DNA of 63,861 nt, filler included, from Octopus bimaculoides (GCF_001194135.2; 5 parts of 5 records of this genome joined end to end with filler, not necessarily neighbours in it); one strand, 5' to 3'. Positions 12,948 through 26,559 are shown, numbered from the whole stretch's first letter. The notes: a model not told the origin generated them from the sequence alone. Program-made: numbers and translations.

Positions 12948-15020
12948 GAATAGAAGAGCGATTATCTGAAAAATAAAAAGAATTAACAAGAAAATCAACC
13001 AACAAAAATACTGCCAGCAGCATCGCACCCGTTCGCCTGCCATTGCATCACTCGAATCGAAAAAAACACATCCTCCAAAAAAGCACGGTGTCCATCATTA
13101 ACGAACAAAGAGAAGCTGAGGAGAGTTGGGCGATTGAGAAAATAAAACTCAATCCCAAAATGTTCTTTTCATTTGCAAAAAAAAAATTGAAGACGCTGTT
13201 TCCATTATTGGTCCTCTGGTTGATGAGAATAACACTCTACATGATGAAAAATCCATGTGCGAGATACTGCAGAGACAATACTGGTCTGTCTTCAATAACG
13301 CTAATGCGTTTGATCTGGCAAGTATCAGTAACGTAAACTCTTAACCAACAGTATCTGACATAACTTTTGGTGCTCCTGATATTCTAACTGAAATAGATAA
13401 GATCAAGCACAACTCAGCAGTAGGTCCCTATAAGTTCCCGGCCACTGTCCTGAAGATGTATCGACATCAAATTGCATCCCCTCTGGCTGAGCTCTGGAGA
13501 AACTCACTTGATGCCGGCTACATTCCTGATCATATTCTTTCCCAATCTGTCGTTCCAGTTTTCAAAAAGGGAAACAAATTTCTTGCAGTGAACTACCGTC
13601 CGATTTCATTCACTTCTCTTACCATTAAAGCATTTGAGAGGATGGTGAGATTGTGAATAACTCACTTCCTCGAGGACAACCAGCATGGTTTCCGTGATGG
13701 CAGGGACTGCCTGTCGCAACTTCTGCACCATTTTGATGACATCTTAAAAGCGTTGGGAGAAGGCTCCAACACTGACGTCACGTAACTTGATTTCAGCAAG
13801 GCATTTGACAGAGTTGACCACAAAATCCTGCTGAAGAAACTGTCCAACATTGGAGTCCGTGGAAAGTTACTGCAGTAGATAAAGTGTTTCCTGACGAACA
13901 GACCGCAACATGTTGTGTTTGAGAGAATACGATCCAGCTCAGCCAAAGTCAGTAGTGGTGTCCCACAATGTACTGTATTGGGCCCACTCCTCTTTATTAT
14001 TTGCAACAACGTCATGACAGATGTCATCAAACATTCTACATTGAAAATCTTTGTAGATGATTCCAAACTCCAGAAAGCCATAAACGGCATGGGTGACCGA
14101 GCATGCCTTCAGTAAGATCTGCTTGCTGTTGTCCAATGGACAGAAAAAGACAATATGCTTCTAAATGAAGATAAGTTTGGTTTGATCCACTTTGGAAAAG
14201 AGGAAACTCTGAAATTACCATATTCTGTTCCATCGGGCGACTCCCTAGTGTCATCCCAAAACACAAGAGACCTTGGAGTAATCGTTGATAACATTCTAAG
14301 CTAGAATTCCCACGTATATAGCAAGGCTGACTTGGCTCGCAAGATGTGCTCTTGGATTCTGAGAACTTTCCGGTCTAGAGATGCATACATATTCATCCTT
14401 CTCTACTCTATTCTTATCCGACACCACCTTGAATACTGTTGCTCACTGTGGACCCCCACTCCGTACGAAGCAACACATTATGAAAGTGGAAGCAATCCAC
14501 AAGTCAATAACAAAAAAGATAGACGGCATACGAGGCATTGATTATTGGGGTCGACTAAAAAAACTCGATCTCTACTCTCTCAAACGCCGCCGGGAGCGCT
14601 ACATCATTTGTGTGACGTGGAAAATATTCCATCAATATTGCACAAATGATGTTGGTATCAATTTTAAAATCCATCGAAGATTTGACCCCCGTGCTATCCG
14701 GCCACTAGAAAAATCGAACTCGGTACACATAGTAACATTACGTCACAATTACTTTACCTCAACCGGTCCAGCTCTCTTTAATACAATACCAAAATACGTC
14801 AAAACGGAAACGGATCCCATAAAATTCAAATGTTCACTGGACAAATTTCTCAAAAAAAAATCCCAGACTGACCGCCTACACTCGGATATGTCTCCAACAA
14901 TAATAACTCTTTGCTGGAGTAGGCCATGGTGCCCCATATATGACTAAAAGATTTCACCAGGTGGTGCTATTAAGTTAGACATGGCCTGGGCCTATACTAG
15001 CCGAAACTTATCAAAGTTAT
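12948..15020 (+). mobile_element. 5'-truncated, decayed CR1-clade LINE (ORF2 reverse transcriptase region)
   Basis: Across stops and frameshifts: VVPVFKKG..NYRPISFTS, QHGFRDGRDCLSQLL, LDFSKAFDRVDH, SGVPQCTVLGPLLF, IFVDDSK, DLGVIVD, LEYCCSLWTP. Confidence 0.93.
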
Positions 15021-15191
15021 ATGTGTGTGTGTTTGTGTTTGTGTGACTGCGTTTGTCCCCCCACCATTGCTTGACAACCGATGTCGGTGTGTTTGAGAAT
15101 GAATGTAGACTAGGTCTTCAAGTTTTGGCTCCTGTATAGTCGTGGTAATAGTAAGCGCTCATAGGATATATCTAAAAGTGCTTTAAAACAA

Positions 15192-15404
15192 TGATTTCAA
15201 ATTTTTAACACAGATGCAACTTGTGGGAGCAGATTAAGTCGATTACATCATCTCCAGTGCGTAACTGGTACTTATTTAATCAACCCCGAAAGGACGAAAG
15301 GCAAAGTCAACCTCTGCGGAATGTGAACTCAGATCATAGTGGCAGACGAAATACCGCTAATCATTTCGCCCGATGTGCTAACAATTCTGCCAGCTCGCCG
15401 CTTT
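15192..15404 (-). mobile_element. SINE family A (tail type 3)
   Basis: Matches family A head and body. Confidence 0.85.
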
Positions 15405-15432
15405 AAAACAATAACCACACGTATACACATAC

Positions 15433-15509
<77 letters not shown>

Positions 15510-15671
15510 CTTGATTTAGACAGAATTTGAACACTGAAAGCAATTACTGCAAAGTATGTTTTAGGCGCCCCTAACAAATCTGTCATTTTAGAATCTTGTG
15601 CAATATTATATCGTCTTCGAAGGATTCGAACGGATAGCATTTTAAGAAGTAACTCAAAACGGAAAGGTATT

Positions 15672-16008
15672 TTATATCTTTCGTCTTATCTTTTACATGT
15701 TTCAGTCATTTGAATGCGGCCATACTGAGGCACCGTCTTGAAATGTTTTAGTCGACCAAATGGATACCAGGACTTTTTCTTTAAAGCCTAGTACTTAATC
15801 TATCGGCCTATTTTGCCGAACCGCTAAGTTACAGGGAGGGAAACACACCAGCAACGTTTGTCAAGTGGTGACAGGAGACAAACACAAACACACACACACG
15901 GGCTTCTTTCAGTTTTGTCTACTAAATCCACTCACAAGTCTTTGGTCGTCGGCCGATGCTATAGCAGAAGGCACTTGCCCAAAGTGCCACCCTGGGGAAC
16001 TGAACCTA
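15672..16008 (-). mobile_element. SINE family B, near full length, diverged
   Basis: GGGCTTCTTTCAGTTT, CACTTGCCCAAAG and CAGTCATTTGAATGCGGCC match family B. Confidence 0.85.
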
Positions 16009-16099
16009 ATCCTGCCGCCGTCATTGATAAGAATTTCTAACATTTGCAAAAAGCTACAAATTATAAACGTGAAAAATAATTGATTGAATCGAGTTGTTG

Positions 16100-16295
16100 T
16101 TTAACTGTCAAGCACTTGGCTTGCTGGAAATAGCCTCCCGCACCATCATCCCACTACCTAAGCATATAATTGCACCTTAAATAATGAAGATAGATACATA
16201 GGACAGTGTAGTTACTGATATAACGGATGGTCACGACTGAATTGCCTTTGATCATAGAACTGTGTGAGCAGAGTTGACCTGAGGCTAAGCAACAA
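16100..16295. repeat. Dispersed short repeat (family E); diverged copies at ~9420-9650, ~10290-10350 and ~39030-39085
   Basis: Recurrent motif GGATGGTCA..GCTG.AAT.CCTTTGATCATA....GACCT.GGGCTAA.CAAC seen by eye. Confidence 0.45.
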
Positions 16296-18480
16296 TAGAA
16301 ATAACGTCTTCGAGGTGGGGACGCTAACGTTGTAGTAATGGTTAAAATTAGAACGTAGACGATAATAATTAATTGGTATAAATGGTAGCTATGTCTTCCT
16401 TAAATTAATCTCAACCATCTTTTTAAAAAAAAGGCCGCCTTGAAAAATATATTCCTAGGTACACTAGGAATCGAGATAGTTACGAGTGGAATACCTTGAT
16501 AATAGATTTGCACTCATTTCTGTCTCTCCACCATCGTCTAGTCCATCTTGAAATATTAAGAGATGTGCATTCAAGTTTGGGTCATTAACGAAAGGGTAAA
16601 AGGTCGCATGCCATTCGAAGAGAACTTCAAAAGAACATAATATCACAATTACCATACCGTTATAGACTATAAAATAATTAACAGCAATTTACTGATGGCA
16701 CAACGATCCTTTGGTTAAAATAAATTGCTGAAGTGATGCTGTTTTGAAGAAGCAATGAAATGTTCTGCTTTGATATTCTATCACCGCTGCTGTTTCGGTG
16801 ACCCAAACACTTAACGTTCAATGCTTCACTACAGAAAGCTGTAAACATGTAAATGACCAGTGTAGGAGAGACAGAGCTCACCAACGCAAAAAGCAGTGAT
16901 ATATTAAAATTAACGATTTTTTCTCTCGATATTTTTGTATTACAAACAGTGACTTAGAAAGAAATAAGCTCCATGAAGCTGATATATGACCATTCGATCT
17001 GCTAAAAATAGCAACACAATCTTTTTTAAATCTCAACTTAAATTTGTAAAATGGTTATGTTTGATAAATCGGTTTAGTGGTCAACGAGCATTGAAATAAA
17101 ACTGGATCATCACAGAAGGAATGCTTTGGACAAACTACTTGCCGTAGCAGGGCTGATTATGCACTACACAACATCAATTACTGGAAACTGCATATGTGAC
17201 AGACGATAGGTAGCCTATATAATATTGAAACGAATCTGTATTATATCAATAATAGCGGCAGGCCGGGCAAAATGCTAAACAGCATTTCGTCCGTCTTTAC
17301 GTTCAAAGTTCAAACTATGTTGCCCTTTAACCAAAGAACATTTTAATATTGACATTAAATTTCAATTTATGTGATGTTGTAATAATTATTTCTGCTGCTT
17401 TGAAACATCACTGCTTCCGCCAACACTCTTTTGTTGATTTTATTTTAACTTTTGGTTCGTTTTTATCTTCAGTTTTGTATACAACGAGTATGGTCGACGA
17501 TGAAGTTGAACGCAATTCAGGCTCACTTACTACTTGGTCCCTATCCGTTGTCTTGTGGTACTGATCGTCCACTGGGTTGCAATAACCTTCAAGCTGTTGG
17601 TCTAGGACTCATCGGCGTTGTCGGTTACTCAACGCTTTGCTGCCGAGGTCTTGACTGTATCCTTGCTATGGGAGGCTAACCGGTCATTATAACTTTCCCA
17701 AGTAGGCGACCGAGTCTGTGGACGGATTGGATGATTTGGTTTCCCTCGTATGGTATACCACTGATATGGGTACAACATCTTTAGTGTTATCATAGAATCA
17801 TATATCACTTCGAGCATGCAAATGCACATTAATTTTGCATACAAATACACAAGCCCATTGTCTCATTCCTCTTCTAATGCAAATTCTACATCGATTGTTA
17901 TATATAGTGCAACTGCATAACTGTCACATTCAGGATATTTGCAGATTAGTTGAATTAAACATGGCTGTATTTCTGTTTGTTTGACTACCAACACATTCTA
18001 GTGGAATAGTCTGTGTGATATTTTGAATAATAATTGCAGAGTTGATGCTTTTACATCCGCGATTAAGCACAAGGCTGCATTCTAGATACTGCTTTCTCCG
18101 CTTTTTGTGCCTGCCAGATCTGGAGCGTGAATCTGTTCACTTGGTTCATTTCAAACATATCTCAGTCAATAGACATTGGATTTTTTTCATGTCGAATACT
18201 TGTTATATCTCCAGTATATGCTATGGCTGACAACCCTGATGTTAACGTATAGAAAGCTATTATGAATTAATTGACGTTTACCTCACCTACTCAAAACTAA
18301 CACATCCCAACACAAATGTCTGTTATAGAGAAAAGTAATAAATATCTAGGAAACACATGATCTAGAGAATTTTGGACCCTGTCAGATTGGCTCATGTGGA
18401 TTTTCATGTTCAAGTTCACAAAATTATATTAAACAACAAACACAAAATCATATCATGGTAAAGTACAGGAGGTCATAATT

Positions 18481-18655
18481 CTTCCGGTGATGCCAGGAGA
18501 CAGACAGTTCAAGTGTTACATCTGTGAACGTGCTGGCAGAACGGAAACTGGGATGAAAAGCCATCTGTGTGCACATGGTTGTGCAAGGTTCAATGAAGTA
18601 ATGACACTCTTGTGACGGGGTGGAGCAACCGGCAATAAATAAATACATACATGCA
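18481..18655 (+). mobile_element. 3' end fragment of an RTE-type LINE (terminal zinc finger)
   Basis: FKCYICERAGRTETGMKSHLCAH resembles the terminal CCHH finger of RTE ORF2; followed by an (AATA) tail. Confidence 0.55.
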
Positions 18656-18746
18656 TACATACGCACATATATTCATTTATACATGTATTTATGTATGTAC
18701 GTATCTACGTATGTACGTACGTATGTATGTATGTATACATATATAT

Positions 18747-18782
<36 letters not shown>

Positions 18783-19331
18783 GTATATGCATAGTGTAAT
18801 ATCTAATGTATATATATATATATATATATATANNNNNNNNNNNNNNNNNNNNNNNNNNNNNNNNNNNNNNNNNNNNNNNNNNNNNNNNNNNNNNNNNNNN
18901 NNNNNNNNNNNNNNNNNNNNNNNNNNNNNNNNNNNNNNNNNNNNNNNNNNNNNNNNNNNNNNNNNNNNNNNNNNNNNNNNNNNNNNNNNNNNNNNNNNNN
19001 NNNNNNNNNNNNNNNNNNNNNNNNNNNNNNNNNNNNNNNNNNNNNNNNNNNNNNNNNNNNNNNNNNNNNNNNNNNNNNNNNNNNNNNNNNNNNNNNNNNN
19101 NNNNNNNNNNNNNNNNNNNNNNNNNNNNNNNNNNNNNNNNNNNNNNNNNNNNNNNNNNNNNNNNNNNNNNNNNNNNNNNNNNNNNNNNNNNNNNNNNNNN
19201 NNNNNNNNNNNNNNNNNNNNNNNNNNNNNNNNNNNNNNNNNGAAACATATGCTGCCTCAGCAGAAGGATGACAAAGAGAGTCTGAAGAAAATTTTTACTC
19301 TTGATACATCTTTCGGTGTTAATGAGATGCT

Positions 19332-19545
19332 TGATTTCAAATTTTGTCACTAGGCCAGCAATTTTGGGGGAAAGGTAAGTCAATTTCATTGACCCCAGTG
19401 CTTATCTGGTACTTATTTTATCGACCCGGAAAGGATGAAAGGCAATGTCATCCTCGGTGGATGTGAGCTCAAAACGTAAAAACGGACGAAGTACTGCTAA
19501 TCATTTTGTCCGGCGTGCCAACAATTCTGCCAGCTGACCGCCTTA
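19332..19545 (-). mobile_element. SINE family A (tail type 3)
   Basis: Matches family A. Confidence 0.85.
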
Positions 19546-19781
19546 AACAGTCTAACTATTAAGGATACCGTTAAGAAATGTTTTTCTTTGTAAAATCCTT
19601 AGATTTATAATTTAGAATTAGCTTTCAGAAATGACTCATATAGCAGTTATAACGATTAATTACTTAGCAATTATAATGAAAAGACTTTTTGTGAAAAACG
19701 TTTCATAGATAGCTAAGTAAGTGAAAACATTTCAAAATTTCGTATAAAAATATAGTGAATGCACAATACCAAAATCATAAG

Positions 19782-19960
19782 TTCCGCTGGGCCGGATATG
19801 TTACAAGTTTCGCATAAAACAACTGAAGTGTTATCCAACGGATCAGAAAAGCCTACTCGGAAGGCCTCCACAACAATGGAAAGACGATTACCAATTTTAG
19901 TAAAGACATAAAAGAATGGCGTACTCAAGGAAGAATTAGAAACGCATTGTGACTACCGGT
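19782..19960 (+). mobile_element. RTE LINE C-terminal relic
   Basis: RWAGYV... then, after a frameshift, DQKSLLGRPPQQWKDD, typical of the RTE ORF2 C-terminus. Confidence 0.55.
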
Positions 19961-20987
19961 GTATAACTACATCTGAAAGTTTAATCGATACATGAGAAGC
20001 AGGTGATAAGAATATAATACCATCTAAGTACAGTTAGTTAAAATAAAATGGCATTCGAATGATAAATTATATAACATATTACAGCAAAAGTACAAGTTCT
20101 TTTATTGTGGTATGTCCCTAGAGGTAGTGTTCGCTTGTGTTCGTAGTGTTTAATCTTGGAGGCGATGTTGGCTAGCCAGTAATAGCTGGTGTAATTCGGT
20201 ATCCAATGTTGTTTTATTTGACCCAGAACGGAATAGATTATGTCTCGTCCTTTCATGGGAACCAACTCATCCGCTCACCGAGGGTTTGTGTTCGTGGTTA
20301 CTATTCATGCTCTCCGACTGTGAGATTTACATGCAATGCTAGTTTCCCAATTCTTCAACCTTCAGTTACCTGTTGTGCTCCTTGCTCTTGTCATCTGTGT
20401 CGTACACAAAAACTATCTATCATATAGGGGCAGCTTGCATCCCTGCTTCGTTACTAACTTAATGTCGGCACACTGCTTCCGCTTGGAACCCGTAAACTGC
20501 CTATAATGCGGGACAAGAAGAGATTTCTTGGATAAATGATATCCAGCCAGCATGTAAATTCTGAAAGACCTATATCACTTTAAAAAAAACTTACACTCAT
20601 TTTTGTATTACTTCCGCGCGCGCGCACACACACAGAGACACAAACACACTATCACACGCAACCATGTACACGCATACACATTCACACTCACATATATAAG
20701 TATACATATCAATATTTATACATGTGTGAGTGTACATATATGTATACGTGTGTGTGTGTGTGTGGATATATATACAAACAATTACTCTTTTCTCGAATGG
20801 GCTATGGTACCCAAAGAATGACTGTCATACGAAACACCATTAAATGCCTTTTCCGGATATTGCTCTAAATTTAGGCATGGCCTTATTCTGACCTTAACTT
20901 TTCTAAATGTACATATATACATGTATGTATGCATGTATGTATGTATGTATGTATATATGTATGTATGTCTGTCTATCTATCTGTCTA

Positions 20988-21068
<81 letters not shown>

Positions 21069-21191
21069 AAATCCTATATCACGTATTATAGGTTTGCACA
21101 AGATCAGGTGATTTTTCGAAATGAAGAGTTGGCGAAGACGTATTCAACGCTAACTCTTCACACACCTGAAATAACAATGTTACCCAGTTAC

Positions 21192-21291
21192 NNNNNNNNN
21201 NNNNNNNNNNNNNNNNNNNNNNNNNNNNNNNNNNNTTAATTAATTAANNNNNNNNNNNNNNNNNNNNNNNNNNNNNNNNNNNNNNNNNNNN
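21192..21291. other. Assembly join: 44 N + TTAATTAATTAA + 44 N (also 37791-37890, 53173-53272, 62629-62728)
   Basis: Identical 100-bp geometry four times; TTAATTAATTAA gives stops in all six frames and is a known artificial linker. Confidence 0.97.
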
Positions 21292-22439
21292 TGTGTGTGT
21301 GTGTGTGTGTACATAAGCCAAAGAAGAAGAGATGTCCTCTTGGGGTTAAGACATTGCAGCAAAGTCCGTTGTTGAAGTGGCTGCGACCATTACTTGCTAG
21401 TACAACTACTGTGTTCATCACTCAGACTGATTTTAGAACTAGCGGTTTTCCTTGTTGCAGGATCAGTGACTGAATGTCGCTTGAATTTTATATTTATTGC
21501 GAGCAGAGGCGAGCTACTACCATCTCCTGGAGACATAGTGTCCAGTACTGAAGTGAAGCAGAAATAGACCGAAACCAGTCTGGTCTGATGTTCCCGTTAC
21601 TAGAAAGTGTTATGGGTTCTCTCCCCTGCGGAAAATATATTGGATGCAGCTGGTATTTGTACATATCTACGTGCTGCTTGTTTAAGCATGTGTTGTCTTT
21701 CTTTAGTTAAGAATTTTACAAAAATTAATAACATAATTAACATTTCGTATCAACACATGTAACACTTTTGTAAGTTCTTGTTAGGAATCCATGCTCTGAA
21801 TTATCAGCTGTGCATCCCATATTTATTGAACAGCATTTTGTCAAACATTCTGAAATACTTCTTTGTAAACATAACCATTCTTTTACAATTCTGACATTTT
21901 ATCGTATCAGAACATATTTTTTTACGAGTTTAATATATCTTTGCAGTCCTAGAAAAAATCTCGAGAGTGTTTACAAATTTAGAAAGTTCATTAGTATAAT
22001 CAAATGGTTGGTAAATATGTTTATCTGTAGGAGAATTTTAAATATAGAATATTTTCAATTGTGCAAAACAAAATTATGTACATATTCTCCACTCAGCTTT
22101 TGAAAGATTTCTTCAAATTTTTGTATTGAAGGTTAGAAACTCACAATAGCAAGACCACACAGTGATTTCTATAAGATAGAAAGTTGCTGAGTTTCAATGT
22201 ACTAAGACTAGAAATGTCTTATGTAAATTACGATAATAATACTTCTCAAAGTGCCAATGACAATAACTGAAATATTTGCTGCATGGAAACAGATATTTTA
22301 ATACGCTTGAAATTCAGCTATTCAAAATCAATGATCACAGTTTCGGTTGAAATAGCAGCTCTGTGGAATTCGAAAGCTGGAATGATTTCCTTGTAATTTA
22401 CCTGAGATTTATGGAAGAATACCTTTCGTTTTGAAACAA

Positions 22440-23232
22440 AAGGTGGTTGTCTTTCTTCTAGCGCAGGTGTCGATGAATGGTTGAATGACCAAAGATAAGC
22501 TTATCTCCTAGTTCCTCAGCAGTTATGATGGAATTTTGTTTCGGGTATTGCTGAACGTCCTGGTCAAGCTCTACATATCTTCCAGGACGGGCCTCGCCTC
22601 CTAGGCTATAGTTCCCCGCTCGGAATTTCCGGAACCATTGTTGAGACTGCCTTACGTATATTGTACGATCCTCATATATTGCATTAATATTCTCTGCTCT
22701 TTCTTATTTTTTTTTACTACCTACAAGGGGCTACACACAGAGGGGACAGACAAGGACAGAAAAACAGATTAAGTCGATTATATCGACCCCAGTACGTAAC
22801 TGGTACTTATTTAATCGACCCCGAAAAGATGAAAAGCAAAGTCGACCTCGTCGGAATTTAAACTCAGAACGTAGCGGCAGACGAAATATTGCTAAGCATT
22901 ACGCCCGGCGTGCTAATGTTTCTGCCAGCTCACCGCCTGTCTGCCCTTCTCTTACTGCTCTTTTTCCCTCTCTTTCTGCCGTGTTGTTGCCTTTATTGAA
23001 TACATGAAGCAAAATATGCTGAATATGCTCCTTTGTCACTTTCATTATAGCTTTGAAAAAATAAATGTGAAAACCGAACTGCACTCTTCAAAACTTGCAC
23101 TATGAATAAGCACAAGGTAAACTTACTACCTGCGTTTGATGGCAAGTTCATACAGGTAGTTTATCCTGTTTTCCTCCGACTTTTATTTCATGCAACTGAA
23201 AAAAACCGCATTAAGTTTGAGTTGACCTAATA
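22440..23232 (-). mobile_element. Mariner transposon 5' relic interrupted by a SINE-A
   Basis: TIR-like TATTAGGTCAACTCAAACTTAATGCGGTTTTT at 23232-23201. MKVTKEHIQHILLHVFNKGNNTAE/SAENINAIYEDRTIYVRQSQQWFRKFRAGNYSLGGEARPGR is the mariner HTH region. Confidence 0.88.
22704..22938 (-). mobile_element. SINE family A (tail type 1), CpG-rich, inserted in the mariner ORF
   Basis: Near-consensus copy; the mariner reading frame resumes on the other side. Confidence 0.92.
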
Positions 23233-26007
23233 TATAACCTCGTAATCTCTATCATATCCTTGCTTTCTCCCGTATAACAACCGCTGCTGGACAACGCTAT
23301 TGATTTCCAATACGTTTTCAAGTATTCTACCTTAATTAGAATGGACCCTAATTGTGCGAACACAAACATAAATCGGGAACCATTTTATAGTCACTAACCA
23401 GTATTTTAATTGCAACTAGCCAGAATTTAAAAGGTCTTGTATTCCTATGTAGTTCGTTGAATTGAATGTAGCTACATGATACAGAATCATCAGAATATGG
23501 GATAACATAACATGTTAACTGAAGAAGCATTTCAATGAACGACATTAATGAAACAATGTACAGGTTTCGGCATTCTATTGCTTTTGATGGCATTTCTTTG
23601 TATTTACAGCGATTATTGTTTTAAAGCACATTAAAGCACTAAAGAAATGATCTTATATAGAACCGAACGTTGTCAGGAGTTTACTTTCAAAGAGATGCAA
23701 TAACTAGCACTTCATTGCGTTTCATACCAGAAGCTGAATGTAAAGTAAGTTGCATTCATTACCAAGTTTGAAAATGTGTATAGGGTATGCGTACTTATTT
23801 CGGATGATTTAAAAATGCCTCTACAGTAAGTCTAAATGTCTGTAATGAAGATGTAACTCTTTTAATTTACAAATGAATTAATACATTAAAATATTTAGGA
23901 CATTCTTTTACTGGAGAAGATTCTGTAATCTTAGAATATGGAACTAAGAAGATCATTTGTTGGATGTTTAACAGTTGACTTCAAACAAATAAATAATAAA
24001 AGGAAATTAACAGACCAAGGTTCTATAATAATTCTATTTCCTATGTATCCAATCACAAAGTAAATTATATTACAAATATTTTATACCAAACTAGCAGTGT
24101 ATAGCAATTATGTGATTTCAACATGTTCATTACCTAATTTTGTTCTCTTTCTAGATTAAGCTAACTTGGGATGTCTGCATTTCAAGGATAAGCTTGAAAG
24201 TTTTACTTTGTGCCGAATATAATTAATATAATTTATAGTTCTCATAATGTTGCCACTACGGGAGCTATATCCAATAAGGAGAAAACATTGGAAAATTTAA
24301 AATCAAAATAGAAAAGTATAGTTTTAATGAATATACAATTTATTGACATGATATGACTAATTTTATATTAGGTTTTGATGTTTGAACGTGATATTAAATG
24401 GATAAAACTTAGTATTGGATAATATAAATATACATAGACAATGCTTAGATTATAGGTACATAGGGTATTCGAGATATATATTTGAACCGTTTATTAACAC
24501 TGAACTCAAGGAAAATCCTGGTAATTATAAAGCAACGTTACATGCCCTTTCCTTTCGTGTATTTTACTTGTAGTTTTAGAATTTAGTGCTACAGGTATAA
24601 ACGAAGTCGGAGACTTTCACATCATTACATACATATGCCAGTTTTCATATTTTTCTCTGTATGCGAGATTAATCCAAATATGAAATTGGCGTAAATTTTA
24701 CACATAATTTGAATATCACAGGGAATTTCACACTCTGACATTAATATTTCTCAACGATGTTTATACTTGTGTTACATATATACGCACTAGGATTATTTTT
24801 TATAAGGACATAATATCTTCCCTTTTCAAACCATATGTGCATTTTCTGCAAGAAACCGAAATATTGTTTCGTACATTGTTTCGTAAATATTTTATCATTT
24901 TATATGATGACAGTTCATCCGTATAAGGCCTGATGTATTCCATTGATTTCAAAAGATCAATAAAGCAAAATCAAACTGAACAACGTTGTCGAGTAACGGG
25001 GATTAACACATACGTACATAATATCTACATACATTCATACATACATATTTGCATGCATTCAGATGTGTGTAGTTGTGTTTCGGTGTGTATGTATATATGT
25101 TTATGAATTGAAACTGAAAATGGTAAGCTGAGTGATGAATGTGAGTAGAATCTTTCGATCACCAGTACGACCACCGGAAATAGTGTAAAAGAAGTGTAAT
25201 GAGTGAAGCTTTAAACTCTATGTTGGCTTAGGGATTTTTGAAATGGTAGAAGACCTTTACATAGCAACGATGTGATAGGCATGAGTGTAGTGAAAATAAT
25301 AACTGTCGTAGTTATTGAATTCTTAAGAAAACAATACTCAAGAGGAAGCGTTGAGTGTTGGTATATTTGTGAGTCAACCATTCACATTAAGAAAGCATTT
25401 AATACCAAAGGAGATATATTAATTTGAATATGCAATATGAAGTTTGAATTCATTTCAATAAATATATCAATTGCAAGAAACATATAGCTTGACAGAAACT
25501 AGAACACTACTGAATAATATATATAAAATGCTATAACTACAATGAAAGGTATTGATTTCTGACACAATTACAAAAATAAAATAAAAGTGAAAATATTAAA
25601 TGCTACGTGAAAACAGAATAAATCCTCTAGAGGGTTAGACATAAAAGTACGAGGAAGCAAGACATAACTTTGAAGAAACAAAATGCATAAGAATATAAGG
25701 ACGGAATTATTATGTGCTTTGTAAAACGTATAATCTATATATAGTTATATCAATAATTAAATATTTTGCCAATTTTGCTTCAAGCTGAAATCGACCTTAG
25801 TATCAAATAGCGTGTGTGCACAGATGATATTCGCATTCTTATAGTAATGGTATGGCAGCCAATGTTTAGTTTTTTAGTTTATAAGACTCTTACACTACAC
25901 ACACACACAGACACACACACAACCACACAGACACACACACAGACACACGGACACAGACACACACGCACACACACACACACTCACACACAAACACACACAC
26001 ACGCATA

Positions 26008-26559
26008 CAGAGTAATGCATCACTTTACGAGGTCCCGCTTTATGAAACTCCAAGTTTACGAGTTTTATGTTATAATAAATATAAATTGTGAACGAAGTGC
26101 AAAAGTCTCTATCAACATAACATATGCTTCTGCATTATGCCGAGAAATTTATAGAGAACCAAAAGATAAAAGAAGCTTTTTCTAAGCAAACCACTTTAGA
26201 CTTGTTTTTTACAAACAAATCTACCATCCCGACAACGAGAGCTTGTGAATCGACGATCGTGTTTACAACTGAAGGTGTGTACGAGTCTAGTGCGAGTGAA
26301 AGTGATTCAGAAAAGAATTTTAATATATGTGTATTATAAATGATACTGAATCATTTTACTTTACATAAAATATTCTTTACATTCTACTGTTGTTTCAGCG
26401 ATATTTATTTACAGGTATTATAAATTTTATAGTTAATATAATTATCTGGAACGAATTAAGATTTATAACATTGCTAGTATGAGAAATTAGAGCTCTGCTT
26501 TACGAGCGGTCTTCGGGAACAAATTAACTCATATACTCATAAGACTCAGGATTTGACTG
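26008..26559 (+). mobile_element. Tigger/pogo-like non-autonomous relic
   Basis: CAG...TTTACGA-type ends. CREIYRE.K..S/KQTTLDLFF resembles the Tigger transposase C-terminus. Confidence 0.6.

Noticed and set aside
21236-21247. Recurrent TTAATTAATTAA palindrome (also 37835, 53217, 62673) that could look like a conserved motif
   Set aside because: Always centred in exactly 44+44 N; it is an artificial six-frame-stop linker.
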